This document shows positions 1-10,734 of a stretch of 64,000 bases of DNA, in pieces (positions within the stretch are counted from its first letter, which is position 1; every line of letters begins with the position of its first letter). The stretch comes from Amphiscolops sp. MND2022 (lineage: Eukaryota). The notes under the pieces are model-generated. The model worked only from the letters and a program-made list of their open reading frames with translations, was not told the DNA's origin and did not search any database. The stretch spans positions 14,944,001 through 15,008,000 of the forward strand of contig OZ076409.1 in the NCBI GenBank assembly GCA_964187785.1, written 5' to 3'. The translations under genes were made by a program, and so were the position numbers.

Positions 1-2966
1 TAATCACACGCATTCCAGAGTGCTGGGGGTATAATTTTCGTCTGGAAGAATCTTGTTACAGCCTTATTGTCAGTAAGGATTATGACCGGTTTGGGCGCAC
101 CCCAAAATATATGCCCAAATTCTTTGAATGCAAAGTAAATTGCTAGAAACTCCTTGGCGTATATTGACATCTTGATTTGAGCTGGGGTGAAGGTTTTTGA
201 GCCATATGCCACCGGTGCATAGGATTTTCGAAGGGAAGTAAATTTCTGGTTTGGGTCATCTTCTATGAGTACTGCATACCCAGCTGCACCAAAACTTGCA
301 TCAGTCATTAGTGCAATCTGCTTGTTTGGAATGGGTTGTTGTAAGGCCAAGTCGCAGCATTTGTCGAGTGCCTTATTGATTTCTTCAAATTGTTGGACTA
401 ATTCTTTCGATACTAGGACCTTTTCGTCACTTTTCAGCATCTTGTAGAATGGGGCAAGGCGTTCTGAGAGTCTTGGGACATAGTTTCTATAGTAATTCAA
501 GAATCCCAAATAACGTTGTAAAGCCTTTTTCGACTTCGGGAATTTGGTCTTTTCCAGAAAGTTTTGAACGTTTTGCTTTTGGGGTTTAACGCCTTGTGGA
601 GTAATTGTTCGTCCAAGAAAATCAATTTCTCTGGCACCAAAATGGCATTTGTGCATGGTTAACTTAAGGCCTGCTTCCTGTATGCATTTGAATGTTGCTC
701 TCAGGTTCGTCATGAGGTGGTCGACATCATTGGCTGCGATGCCGATATCGTCCACGTACTGGGCACATTGATCCGCTTTAATGACTTTGTCGAGGTATTC
801 CCTCATGAAACTCGAGAATGCGGATAGTGACCGACTAAGGCCTTGTGCCAAACGTCTGTACGCAAATGTACGACTGGCAAAATTGAAAGTCAACATTTCG
901 ATTGAACGTTGGTCGGCCATTGGTAGGCAGTGATATGCCTGAGAACAATCCAATTTGCAAAAGAGTTTCTTGCCTGCCATGTGTTGGGCAGCATCAACCA
1001 GGGTGCTAACAGGATGATTATTGTTAATGTAATCATCAGAGATTAGGTTGTTGATTTTTCTCAAGTCAACCAAAAGTCGTAGCTTCCCGTTTGGCTTCTT
1101 TTGGGCAAATATTGGGCTTGCATACTTTGAGAACGGTAGTGTAGTTATGATGCCATATTTGTGTAACATGGCCAATTCGACTAGAATATCCTCCTTCAGG
1201 TTAATAGGCGCTGGAAGACTTTGACTATAGGCTGGGGAATCGTCCTTGGGCGTCAATTTGACTTTGAATTCCTCATTCATGCCTATATCAAATCGGTGTC
1301 GAGCAAATATATCATGGAATTCTACTAATAGTTCCTCTATTTTCTCCTGCTCTTCGGTATTGAGGGTAGAATCTTTCCAATCAAAATTTTCTAGGATTTT
1401 GGCGCGCGATTCTTCGTCTTTCGTGGGGTCGAGTGTCTCCAGTTCCTGTAAGGCCTGTAATTCTCGGAGGATTCGTTTCTGGATAGGTGTATGTTCCTCA
1501 GGATTTCCAGGATTCTCTGGGGTCGGGAACCAATAGTTTTCAGAATTTTGCGGATTTTTGTTGGTCTTGATGAGACTGCTGACATAGTGGGCTGCTTGCT
1601 CTTGGTCATTTTGTAAAAGGTGCCAGGTTGATGCCGGGTCTACCGGTTTGACGTATTTCATTTGTTCTGGGGTCATGACTGAGAAACTAGCAATGTGGAG
1701 TCCCTTTTTAAGTTTATAAGGGTGATCTGTGAAGTTATTCACTGGTATCATTATATTGCCGTCATGCAAGGTGACCAAGGCTGGACAGAATGTGATATCA
1801 CCTTCTTCATGGAGAAGGTCGCTTGGTTGTAAGATTCCCGTAACAGCATTCTCAGGGTACAATAGGGAATTGGTCCTAATTAGGACTCTGTCATTTGGCG
1901 GAATGGTGATCTCATTAGGGTTGAGAATCGGCTCTAATACATTTGAGTATTTGTGATCAGCTGTTTTGAGCTGCATCGAAAAGAACGGGAAGTTCAGTAT
2001 CCCTTGTCTCATGTCCAAGACTGTATGATTTCTCTGAAGGAACATTAGTCCAATGATCGGACCCGTCAGATGTTCCATGACTATAAATATTTCATGAAAT
2101 TCAATGTCGCCAACTTCAAATTTAAGTTCTATAGTACTTTTGGGCGTTTCCAGCTGCCCATTAGCGACCATGATCTGGAAATTCGGTGGCGGACCTTCTC
2201 GGATAACAGATTGTGGAGATAAGAGACGAATTTTCCGGAGGTCCATTTCTGGAATTGCACTGGACAGAGCTCCAGTGTCAATGAGTCCATCTATGGTCAA
2301 CTCCCCAAAGTCCATGGGGAAGTACAACATGCGCTTCTTGCATTTGAGGTTGATGTTGGTCGACAAGGGTATACAGTCTGGTTCACCGTCTCTGGTGATT
2401 AGGACGTTCTGGATCTGCTTCTCGTCTAATAGTGATTGTGGTGTAGATTCAGAGTTGTCCTCATGGGCCTCGGTCCCCAATGGGTTCGGGAACACTGGGT
2501 GATTCGTGCCATCATTCATCTGCCAGTTTTCAACTAGTGCTCTGGTCTTTTTATTGTGGGTAATTGGAGGGTTCTCGTGGACTGTTTTGTTGTAGTGCTC
2601 GATGTCGTCTAGGACATATTGGAATTGTAGTAGTTCCTGGTTGTAGATCTCTGAGTCCCAATAGGGATCTCTGCCATAATCTGGATCTATGTAGGTAGGA
2701 TTGTAATTGTCAACCAGGGGAATGGGCCTGAATCGGGTAGTGAAGGTAGTAGTGTAATCAGGATCCCAAACAGGAATTGGTTTTTGGAACAAATGGGTAT
2801 TGTTATATGTAATGGTTACTGCTTTGTCCATCTGTTGCTGCCAGACAACAGAGGGGTAGCCCATCAATTGTTGGTTATAGTGGTGGAAAGTTTTTATTGG
2901 AGGATCCGACCTGATGTATTGACGGACGGATATGAGTTCGTTGTATTGGAGTCGTGGCGAAGTTAG
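1..2966 (-). CDS. pol: Pol polyprotein of copy A (protease, dUTPase-like insert, reverse transcriptase, RNase H); runs off the window
   Basis: My manual translation in the -1 frame relative to gag shows no stop. Motifs: LIDTGALSS (~2275), KLDCSQAYH, RLAQGL, QYVDDI (747-758), LMTDAS, YAKEFLAI, LTDNKA. Absent from the ORF track, presumably because its stop lies outside the window. Confidence 0.92.
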
Positions 2967-4657
2967 TTTTTTGACTCATCATTGGAAGATGAGGCCTGCG
3001 AATTGGAAGATGTTGCTCTATTTTGTGGTTTCTGCGCCTTTGAGTTGGGTTTACTATCATTGGCGTCATCTGGTCTGGTGCGTTTAGGCTTAAGATGCGC
3101 ACCGGCGCCTTGCCAACATCTTTCCTCGGGGTGGTTCTTTTTACCACAAGTGCCACACTCCGGATACGTCTTTTTCTGAGTCTGTTTGCCTTGTTGGGCA
3201 TCTTTTTCTTTTTTCTTCTTCAACTTTTCGCAGTCTTTGACCATATGGCCCTTCTCCTTGCAATAGTTGCAAGTGATATCTGACATTTGCCCAGTAGTTA
3301 GAGGAGTCTTGGATTTTGTCGAGGAGGTCATTGTGGCCATTGGTAGGTCGTCTGATTCCTCTAGTGCATTGAGTTCTAATTCTCTCTCTAAATGAGCAAC
3401 TATTTCGTCATAAGAGTCATTTTCTAGTCTGGCCATGTTGACAGACCGCTTCAGTTTTGGTGGCAGCTTTGCGTAGAGCAAGTTGTCAATCATTTTCTGC
3501 GCGTGATCTCCAAATGCTTTTTCTGCCCCTTGATTTAATTCTTCAAGGAAATCTGGTAGTTTCATCGTATTGGGATCAAAGACCAGGCGATGCCATTTAT
3601 GTTTGGCAGTCGCTTGTGATTCGGGCTTGACGTATTTTCGTCTGAATATTACCAATACATCTTCTAAGGTCTGTCTATTGCTCGAACTGATGTTCCGGAA
3701 AGTTTGGAGAGCATTCTTCCTCAGCAGTGAGTGGAAGTGATTTATTTTCATCTGTTCCGTCATTTCCGGTTGCATCTTGATCATCGTGTGGAACAGGTCC
3801 TCAAACAGCTCGAATTTTTCGCTCTTGCCATCAAAAGTCATTGTGTTCGAGTTGACTGGGCGTATAGTGAGTTGTTGGGCCGTCGGCCTATTCTGCATCG
3901 TTGTCAAGACATCTGCTAGTCGAGTAATAGGGTCAGTTTGAGTAGCCGGAGCATTTCTCTCTTGCGTTGGGATCGTCGTGTCAAGGTTGATGTCCTCATA
4001 GGACTTGTCGAGATGGTTTCTGGATGAGACTCGTCCCGTGAGAAACTCAGGAACTTGAGGTGGAGATTCGTTGTCTCCTGTCACCATGTCGTGAGCATTG
4101 CGATATGCGTGGTCACATTGTTCATTGATCAAAGTCGTTCTGGTCCTGGTATTTTGCTGAACTTCGGAATGATTTTCCGGTCTCTCAACTGGGACCTCCC
4201 ATCCCCTTCTAGTCTCACGGCCCGATCCGGCCATTAAGGCATTTTGAATCTGAGGCAATACCTGACTATTTATAGCCTCATTAATGGCCCTTTGGATCTG
4301 TGAGCTGACATTATTGAACATGTCATCCATCTCTCTCGAGATCCTAGAGTTTAATTCACTTGACAACCTGTTTATCTCGGCTTGAGAATCTAGGCTTGCT
4401 GAGTTATGGCCATAACCGGCACTTGTCCCAATTCCAAGGTTCTCATTTTCTGAATGAAGATTTGTTTCCTCATCCTCCAAATTATTACTTGCAACGCTAT
4501 TTTGTCTCCTAATGGAGGTCCCGTTAAGGCTGTTATCCCTCCCTGATCCGTTGAAATGGTTCTCGCCTAGCATAATATCTAGATTTTCGATGTCCGAGAA
4601 AATCTCTAATCCTCTAGATTTTCTTGCCTTCTTTTGCTTTCTAGTGGTAGGCATCAA
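2963..4657 (-). CDS. gag: Gag (564 aa) of copy A, with two CCHC zinc knuckles
   Basis: ORF with CNYCKEKGHMVKDC and CGTCGKKNHPEERC and a capsid-like region FDGKSEKFELFEDLF; lies directly upstream of pol. Confidence 0.93.
   Translation of the reverse strand: MMPTTRKQKKARKSRGLEIFSDIENLDIMLGENHFNGSGRDNSLNGTSIRRQNSVASNNLEDEETNLHSENENLGIGTSAGYGHNSASLDSQAEINRLSSELNSRISREMDDMFNNVSSQIQRAINEAINSQVLPQIQNALMAGSGRETRRGWEVPVERPENHSEVQQNTRTRTTLINEQCDHAYRNAHDMVTGDNESPPQVPEFLTGRVSSRNHLDKSYEDINLDTTIPTQERNAPATQTDPITRLADVLTTMQNRPTAQQLTIRPVNSNTMTFDGKSEKFELFEDLFHTMIKMQPEMTEQMKINHFHSLLRKNALQTFRNISSSNRQTLEDVLVIFRRKYVKPESQATAKHKWHRLVFDPNTMKLPDFLEELNQGAEKAFGDHAQKMIDNLLYAKLPPKLKRSVNMARLENDSYDEIVAHLERELELNALEESDDLPMATMTSSTKSKTPLTTGQMSDITCNYCKEKGHMVKDCEKLKKKKEKDAQQGKQTQKKTYPECGTCGKKNHPEERCWQGAGAHLKPKRTRPDDANDSKPNSKAQKPQNRATSSNSQASSSNDESKN
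2966..2972 (-). promoter_or_regulatory. -1 ribosomal frameshift slippery heptamer A AAA AAC at the gag/pol junction
   Basis: TCA AAA AAC TAA ends gag and pol opens in the -1 frame. The same heptamer occurs in B (19757-19763); CAAAAAC occurs in E (26498-26504). Confidence 0.85.
4075..4086 (-). promoter_or_regulatory. Primer-binding site TGGTGACAGGAG, copy A
   Basis: Starts with TGG immediately after the LTR-terminal CA. The identical 12-mer occurs in F (62571-62582) and a variant in E (25387). Confidence 0.75.
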
Positions 4658-5791
4658 GATCGAACCGAGTTGAAATATTGAATTCGTAAACTCAGAAATT
4701 TAACAGTGTAACCGTTTTGATATTTACTAACATGAATCAAAATGAAATTGTGTCTTCCCCAAGCGGGGTAGTAGTATATATACCGCACGGGGAATGACAA
4801 GCACATTTTTTACATAATTAGCAAATCACTTGATTCCATACCTCACAGGGAAATCCCCGACTAATACATTTTTTAGGGGACAACTTAGGAATGGAATTCA
4901 TAGACCGTTTATCTAAACACCAACATCAAACAACATGTCGGCTAGCATCGTGACAATTATGGTGTAAACAAACTTCACTGCTTACATATTTTACAACTAT
5001 GCAAGGTGCAGGCACGTGCCGACACAAGTTCATTTCATAGCATCTTCATAAATGGAATGCATTACGGAATTCTAATAATGTAGCTGTATTCTCAAAGCAC
5101 TATTTTCAATGAACGCCCGAACAGGGACTAAGTCCATAACATGTACAGCACGAATAAGGGGGCATGGAAAAGAGGTTAAATTATCCCCTTTTGTTAGGCA
5201 AGCAACAAGATTATTTAAACTACAAATGCGTATTAAATAGCTCCGGATAAATATTGGCTCATTTAAACAACAAAGGAAATATTATATCAGAATAGGCCGA
5301 AACCGGCCACTTGACTAAAGGGCCATTATTAGAATAGTACCGTTCAGGCAATAGGCCTTATCCGGCCATTATAAACAAAGCATTTATAATTAGCAACAGG
5401 GGAGTGCTGTGATTGGTCAGCGGCCGTACCGAAAGTCACATCGCCGAGAAGGGACGTTTTCTCACTTGAACACGTTTCCTTCTCGCGATTAACTTGCTTT
5501 TGCACTTTACCGCTTTTCACTACAAATTAACACGTCGTTATACTGCACAGTATCTACATTCTAATACAACATCTCAATTTGGATTTTCCAAATTGTAATT
5601 TAACAGACTAATATAATGCACCAATATATAAAATACATCCGGTTAACTAGAAAGTTGACAAAAATAATGATCCAATAACTATAAGTTTTAGTCAAAAGAG
5701 TTTTAAAATGTTGGAAGTGTACCTGGGGCGATATCTTGGCCCACTGCTGTAGTCGTTATAGGAGTTCCGTCACAGGCGGCAGCCTGCGACA
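4087..5791 (-). repeat. 5' LTR of copy A (1705 bp)
   Basis: Termini TGTCGC...CACGACA (TGTCG/CGACA inverted). Both boundaries are homologous to the TSD-defined LTR ends of copy E. Confidence 0.8.
5406..5416 (-). promoter_or_regulatory. CCAAT-box-like motif (ACCAATCACAG) in the LTR
   Basis: The same ACCAATCACAG occurs at an equivalent LTR position in E (~23979 and ~36130) although surrounding sequence has diverged; CCAATCAG occurs in B (~21613). Confidence 0.45.
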
Positions 5792-5950
5792 CTAGATAAA
5801 ATTCTAAGAAACTTTCCTAGCTGGCAAAATTTTGTATTCGTGACAGTCTATGAGATATTTGGTTTTGAATTTTGCCATTTTAAGCAATGAGGTTGCGATA
5901 TTTTAGAACGCTACTATAAGCTGCGCAAAATTCAAAAAGCTTGAAATGAC

Positions 5951-6454
5951 CTGCGATTGAAGCGACGGAGTCTATGATATTTTTCGAACACCTTTTCCCT
6001 GAAATCTCTCCATTCCACCACTGCCACATGTTAGATATAACGGCGTAACTTAGTTGTACCGCGACAAGCGTGATACCCACAACTTTTCCTCCAACTTTGT
6101 TCGCAACTTTTCCTGCTTCTGTGAGGGGTGCGAGGAGCCAGCTTTTGGGCAGAGACTCCAGGAGAACGATAAACTGCCCCATTTGTTCACTGGGTATAAG
6201 ATGAAACGCTGCGGCCACTCCATTAAGAGTTTTCTCATAAATTGGGTCCGGTTCAAACTCTCTGAGGGCGTTTTCATCAATGAATGCTCTATTATCTTCA
6301 TATGCCATGTAGATATCTCGCATCATGTTAGCATAAAACCAATCATTTTCCGCCCTCTTGGTGTCTTTGATCAGCTGATCAAGATACGGTTTGAGAACTT
6401 CTTCATTGCCAATGTCAATCAATGACACAAGGTAATCTCTAATGGTGGCGGGGG
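5951..6454 (-). CDS. Probable internal exon of a host gene (504 nt, phase 1-1); product uncharacterised
   Basis: Stop-free frame bounded by acceptor ggtttcag| (6455) and donor GCAG|gtcatt (5950). Protein-like sequence includes WQWWNGEISGKRCSKNIIDS, which from memory resembles invertebrate proteins with a C-terminal J domain (unverified). Confidence 0.6.
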
Positions 6455-7637
6455 CTGAAACCAAACTACTTTTCGATTTAAAAAAAACGCCTTTGAAAAC
6501 CCATTGTAAACTCTTTCTTGCCCGATAATGATTTCTTTTTCAGTTCCAGACAGCCTCAATTTATTACTTCGGGGGAACTTCTGGGAATAGCAAAAAGAAC
6601 TCCTAAACCTCCTGTTTCAAGCCTGAATCGCTAACTACATTCCACAAATTGAGGTACAATGAAACTCAAGAAAACAAAACAATCATTTTGAAGTGTCTTC
6701 ACCTAGCTTGTTTGATTGCGATTAAATTTCGTGACCACATTTGGAGCCAAATTTGAGATATGAAGCTTTAAACAAATTCTTCGACTTTGCATTTTTTTTG
6801 AGATTTGTCGAAGAAATAGCGAAAAATGCCTCGTTTTATTGCAAGATAACGAATTTATTCTTCAGGCTCCCTTCCCAAGGAGCGTGAGAATTGTTCGAAA
6901 GGAATTATTTTGGTAATTTTAAAGAGAGAGTAAAATCTTTGGTAGTAAATTGACACCTTGCGACTTCTTCTTCGAACAAGTTTTTTTTCGAAAAATCTCA
7001 ATTTCGAACTTTTTGTGATAATTTCAGTTAAGAAGAGTTTTTAATTCTTGAATGCCACCTTGGAAATGTTCTGATGCAGTATTATATATAAAAAATCGCA
7101 GTGTCACTGCGTTTCTTGTTTCTTTCTACCTAATTTTTGCTAATAGGTATTAGATAGATGCTGGTGGAAAGCTAAAAAGCACTTCGCACTTTTATAGTTT
7201 ATTGATAATTTCTCGGATATCTCTGTGTGGTGGCGTTGGGGGGCTGTATTTGTAAAGTGGAAACAATTTCCAGACAAACTAGCTTTTTTTCCAAAAAATG
7301 CTTTCCAAAAATTGAGCTTTCTGGGTTTTCCGTTACAAAAATTTGTTCGAGTCTCAGGAGTGATCTCCTAAGATATTTGTTTGTAGGGCGTGATGGAGGA
7401 TGGAGGATTCTGTTGTAATTGAGCTCTAAACGGGGCACTCACCCAAGGCTTTTACGTGGTTTTATCAAGAAATTGCATCTTTGAAACCCAAAATGTTCTC
7501 ATCTTGCATTTTCGGCACTGTGCAACTTACAAAACCAGTCTTCTTTGGTTTTCTTAACGTGTCAAGCTAGAGAAACGTCATTTTTTCTATTAACAAGAAC
7601 TGTAAAATGCCCCCAGGTGCGCGAAAGAACGCATATG

Positions 7638-8764
7638 TGTCGTGATCTTTGTCACTAGATTGGGAAGCTATAGAGTTTCCTCTAAAGTAGTCGTGTTGCC
7701 TACCGTTAGCCAAAGCAGGCTTTGAGTTAGTTTTCCAAGCTTCTCTAGCTCTTTTCTCTTCCGCGGTCCTGCTTAGTCCACTGGACCTGTGGTCCACTTC
7801 TTCCCGAAATACAGGATTTTGGCTTATCACGGTATTTTGACTATTCCAGAGGACTTTCTCACTGAATATCTAATATATAGTGTCCGCTATTTGAGTATTC
7901 TAGTCTCTTTTGAAATCATCTATCTTCTTGGAGACTTCGGAATTCACTAGTCTCATAGTCTTGATGGTAATTTCACTGTTTCTTTTACTATTTGAATTTA
8001 AAAAAGATCGGAAGCAGTTGTTATTTTGTATTATGTCTTGTCTAGTTCTGTCGGAACCAGAGTCCACTTCATCATTCAAGTTTCCTGAATTGCTATCTAA
8101 CTCAATCCTTGAATAAGAAGCCAAGATTACGTCTACATTTTCTATATCAGACATTAGGTCCACTTGTCTAGAGCGTCTTTCCTTTGCTTTTTTTCTAGTT
8201 GAAGGCATTGGGAGAAATGCTTTGCAGGCAACAGTTTACTGCTGTATTTATCAACAAACTGAACAGGATATCAACAAACTGAACAGGATACTACAGTGAA
8301 CAATTAATTCTATTTAAAAATTCTAACAGAAATACGATGGGGACTACGCGTCCAAGTTGACTAAGCGAGACATCACTTCGAACGCGTTGCCTTTCCACTC
8401 TACAGTTGTTTACTATTATATTCACAGCTAATTCAGCTAACTTTTTATCATTCGACATTCTGATTTGCATGATAATAATACATAACAGATATATGAAATA
8501 AATATGAACTGGATGTTACATGTAAAATAATGGGAGATGATTTTTAGGGTTGGTCATACTTAGGCAAACGGACCAGTAGTCCATATGTTAATAAAATGTC
8601 TTTGAAAGCAGTATATAACTACTAGGAACTCGCAAGAAGTGTTTGAATGCTGACCGACTGTCCAAAGGCTTACAGCGGCAAAACTCCTGGGGGCAGTGCG
8701 TAGTTTGATTGTTCGTTAGGGGTTACTTCATGATCATTTCCACCACAGGCGGTCGCCTGTGACA
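7638..8764 (-). repeat. 3' LTR of copy B (internally deleted relative to the 5' LTR); carries a gag N-terminal fragment
   Basis: Begins TGTCACAGG and ends CACGACA; matches 22033-20690; contains the MPSTRKKAKERRSRQ ORF (8208-7900). Confidence 0.85.
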
Positions 8765-9725
8765 CTCCCTGCGGGACGAGAAAAAATGGATCCGCCCGCA
8801 TTCCTGCTTGAAATGCGTCTCTCCTGCGTTGTCTGGTCTCGTATGATTCTCCCACTCGATGAGTTCTTTCCAAGTAGTCAAAAACAACTTCTTCGCGTAT
8901 AATATCTGCTGTTTTCCCGCAGATAATACAGTCGCCCCGTTGGAAAAGATTCTGTTACCCGCAAGTTCTGCCATTTCGTACTGCTACCCCAGTGATTTGC
9001 CTACTCTGGGAACAATATTGTTGCTCACTGTCCCAATTGTTATGTCCTTAGACAGCTTGCTGACCTCGTTCGTGCGGTCGCGGCGATTGAAGTGAATCTA
9101 GCAATAGTTCCATCCTGTTGCAGTGCACAATTGGGTGATCACCTTGGTCATTTAGCCCGGTCGTTTACGGGTGGACCTCTTGTACCAAATTGACAAGTTC
9201 GTTGTTTGGCTCAGAGTCGAAGAAACTTCCTTGGCTGAGCAGTATTTCCGAACACGTCTCATTATCTCTGCATCCAGACAAGTCCACCGTCATTCGCCTA
9301 TTTTCTGTCATCTGCGGAATGGGAACTGAGGTTTCCCTGTAACATGCGATCACTTCTATGTCGCTGTCTGCCTCCTGGTCCTCATTAGTCGTACTCAGAG
9401 GACAATCGACTTCCATTTCCTTATCCGACGAGAGATAAGAAAGACTGACCAAAGGCTGAATGAGTTCATCTACAGAGACATTTCTAGTTTGAATCTGCTT
9501 CAGAAAAATTTTCTTGCAGTTTTGAAGATTTAAAGGAGTCAACTGTTTCGTAGGGTGAAATTCAGAAACAATGGCGGCCTTGGTCCAATCGACCTTAGGT
9601 CGGAATTCACAAAATTCGCAGGAAATCTCATCAGGGAAACTTTTACCCGCTTCTTCCATCGAAAACATTGACTTTTTTATGCGGTTTCCTTTCCTAAACC
9701 TGTTTTGGTAATAAGCTGCTCGCAA
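8670..9725 (-). pseudogene. 3' sense accessory ORF (ORF4) of copy B, broken, ending inside the LTR
   Basis: Fragments 9725-9165, 8974-8723 and 8873-8670. C-terminus GVSQATACGG...LPPGVLPL* is homologous to 35414-35893 and 21939-22196. Confidence 0.7.
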
Positions 9726-10734
9726 AGTTGATAAGCCCCTGAGACCAACTTAAGTGGTTGTAATAACTAATAAATAGGTGCCAATGGGTGATGAAATTGT
9801 TTATCATCACTCATACTTAGCAGTGAAGTATCTTCAAAGACTAGCGGTCTACTCGCCTAGTTTTGACAAACTAGCCAATCAGAGTACTACGCTAACTGAA
9901 TAAAGCAATGCTGAATTAAATGGTAGGGAAAGCGAAAATCATTGAAACATAGTGATTGGAATAACTGTGGTTTGAATGAAATGTTGCAATGGTAAAACGT
10001 ACTAATAATTAAATGCACGTCACTGGCAGGTTGCGAAACACTTGAAATCATGATGAAATTATAGTTGAAAGAATTTATAACTCCGGTAAAAATGAAATAG
10101 CTTGCATGTAGCCACGACATCCTTTAAGGCAAAGTAGATTAAAGAACACAAGAATTGTATAATCGACCGTCTCAGGAATCGAGTGTGTAAGTATAAATGG
10201 GACTTGTAGTCGAATTGACATAGAACATCGTAAACCAGTTTGATAACAATTGCAGTCAACAGCACAGCATTGAATTTATTAACTCCTTTGTTATATTCCA
10301 CATTCGCAACAACTGTTACAGTTCTCCTATAGCAGATTAGCCCTCTGATTCGCAACAGATCAACCTTTTCATCTTTTGTCGCCGTGCAGCATCGCCCGCA
10401 GATTTGCATCATCTGGACTGTAAGTCTCTCCGACCTACTTCGAACTAAGTTCAATTTTATCCTGTTGTTGATTCCAGAACTCCAATTCCCATTCAGCAGC
10501 AAACTGCAAATTTGGAGACGCCAGTAATCCAGTCCAGCAGTTGTACTTTACCCACAAACTCTACTTGCCAATTTAGACAATAATCAGGTTGGTTCTTTTA
10601 GAAAATTTCATCAATCTTGACCTTGATCAGGGCTTCCCATTGACTAAGTTTTCACTTCGTCCATCGTGAAAAATTCAACCATAGGTATGAACAGATAATG
10701 AACTTGCTTTTGAAAGGCTTTCAAACGCGATAAG

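Larger units (their letters stand above)
1..5791 (-). mobile_element. Ty3/Gypsy-type LTR retrotransposon, copy A (5' part; the 3' part lies beyond the window start)
   Basis: On the minus strand: LTR beginning TGTCGCAGG at 5791 and ending CACGACA at 4087, PBS, gag with two CCHC knuckles, AAAAAAC slippery site, then pol with PR, RT and RNase H in Gypsy order. Confidence 0.95.

Noticed and set aside
265..4237. Plus-strand ORFs overlapping gag/pol of A
   Set aside because: Antisense shadows of the coding strand with no independent motifs.
5560..5571. TGTTGTA as the 5' end of LTR A
   Set aside because: Homology with the TSD-defined start of E places the LTR start at 5791 (TGTCGCAGG).
8249..8290. 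20-bp tandem duplication tatcaacaaactgaacagga
   Set aside because: A local slippage event absent from the sister LTR; no evident function.
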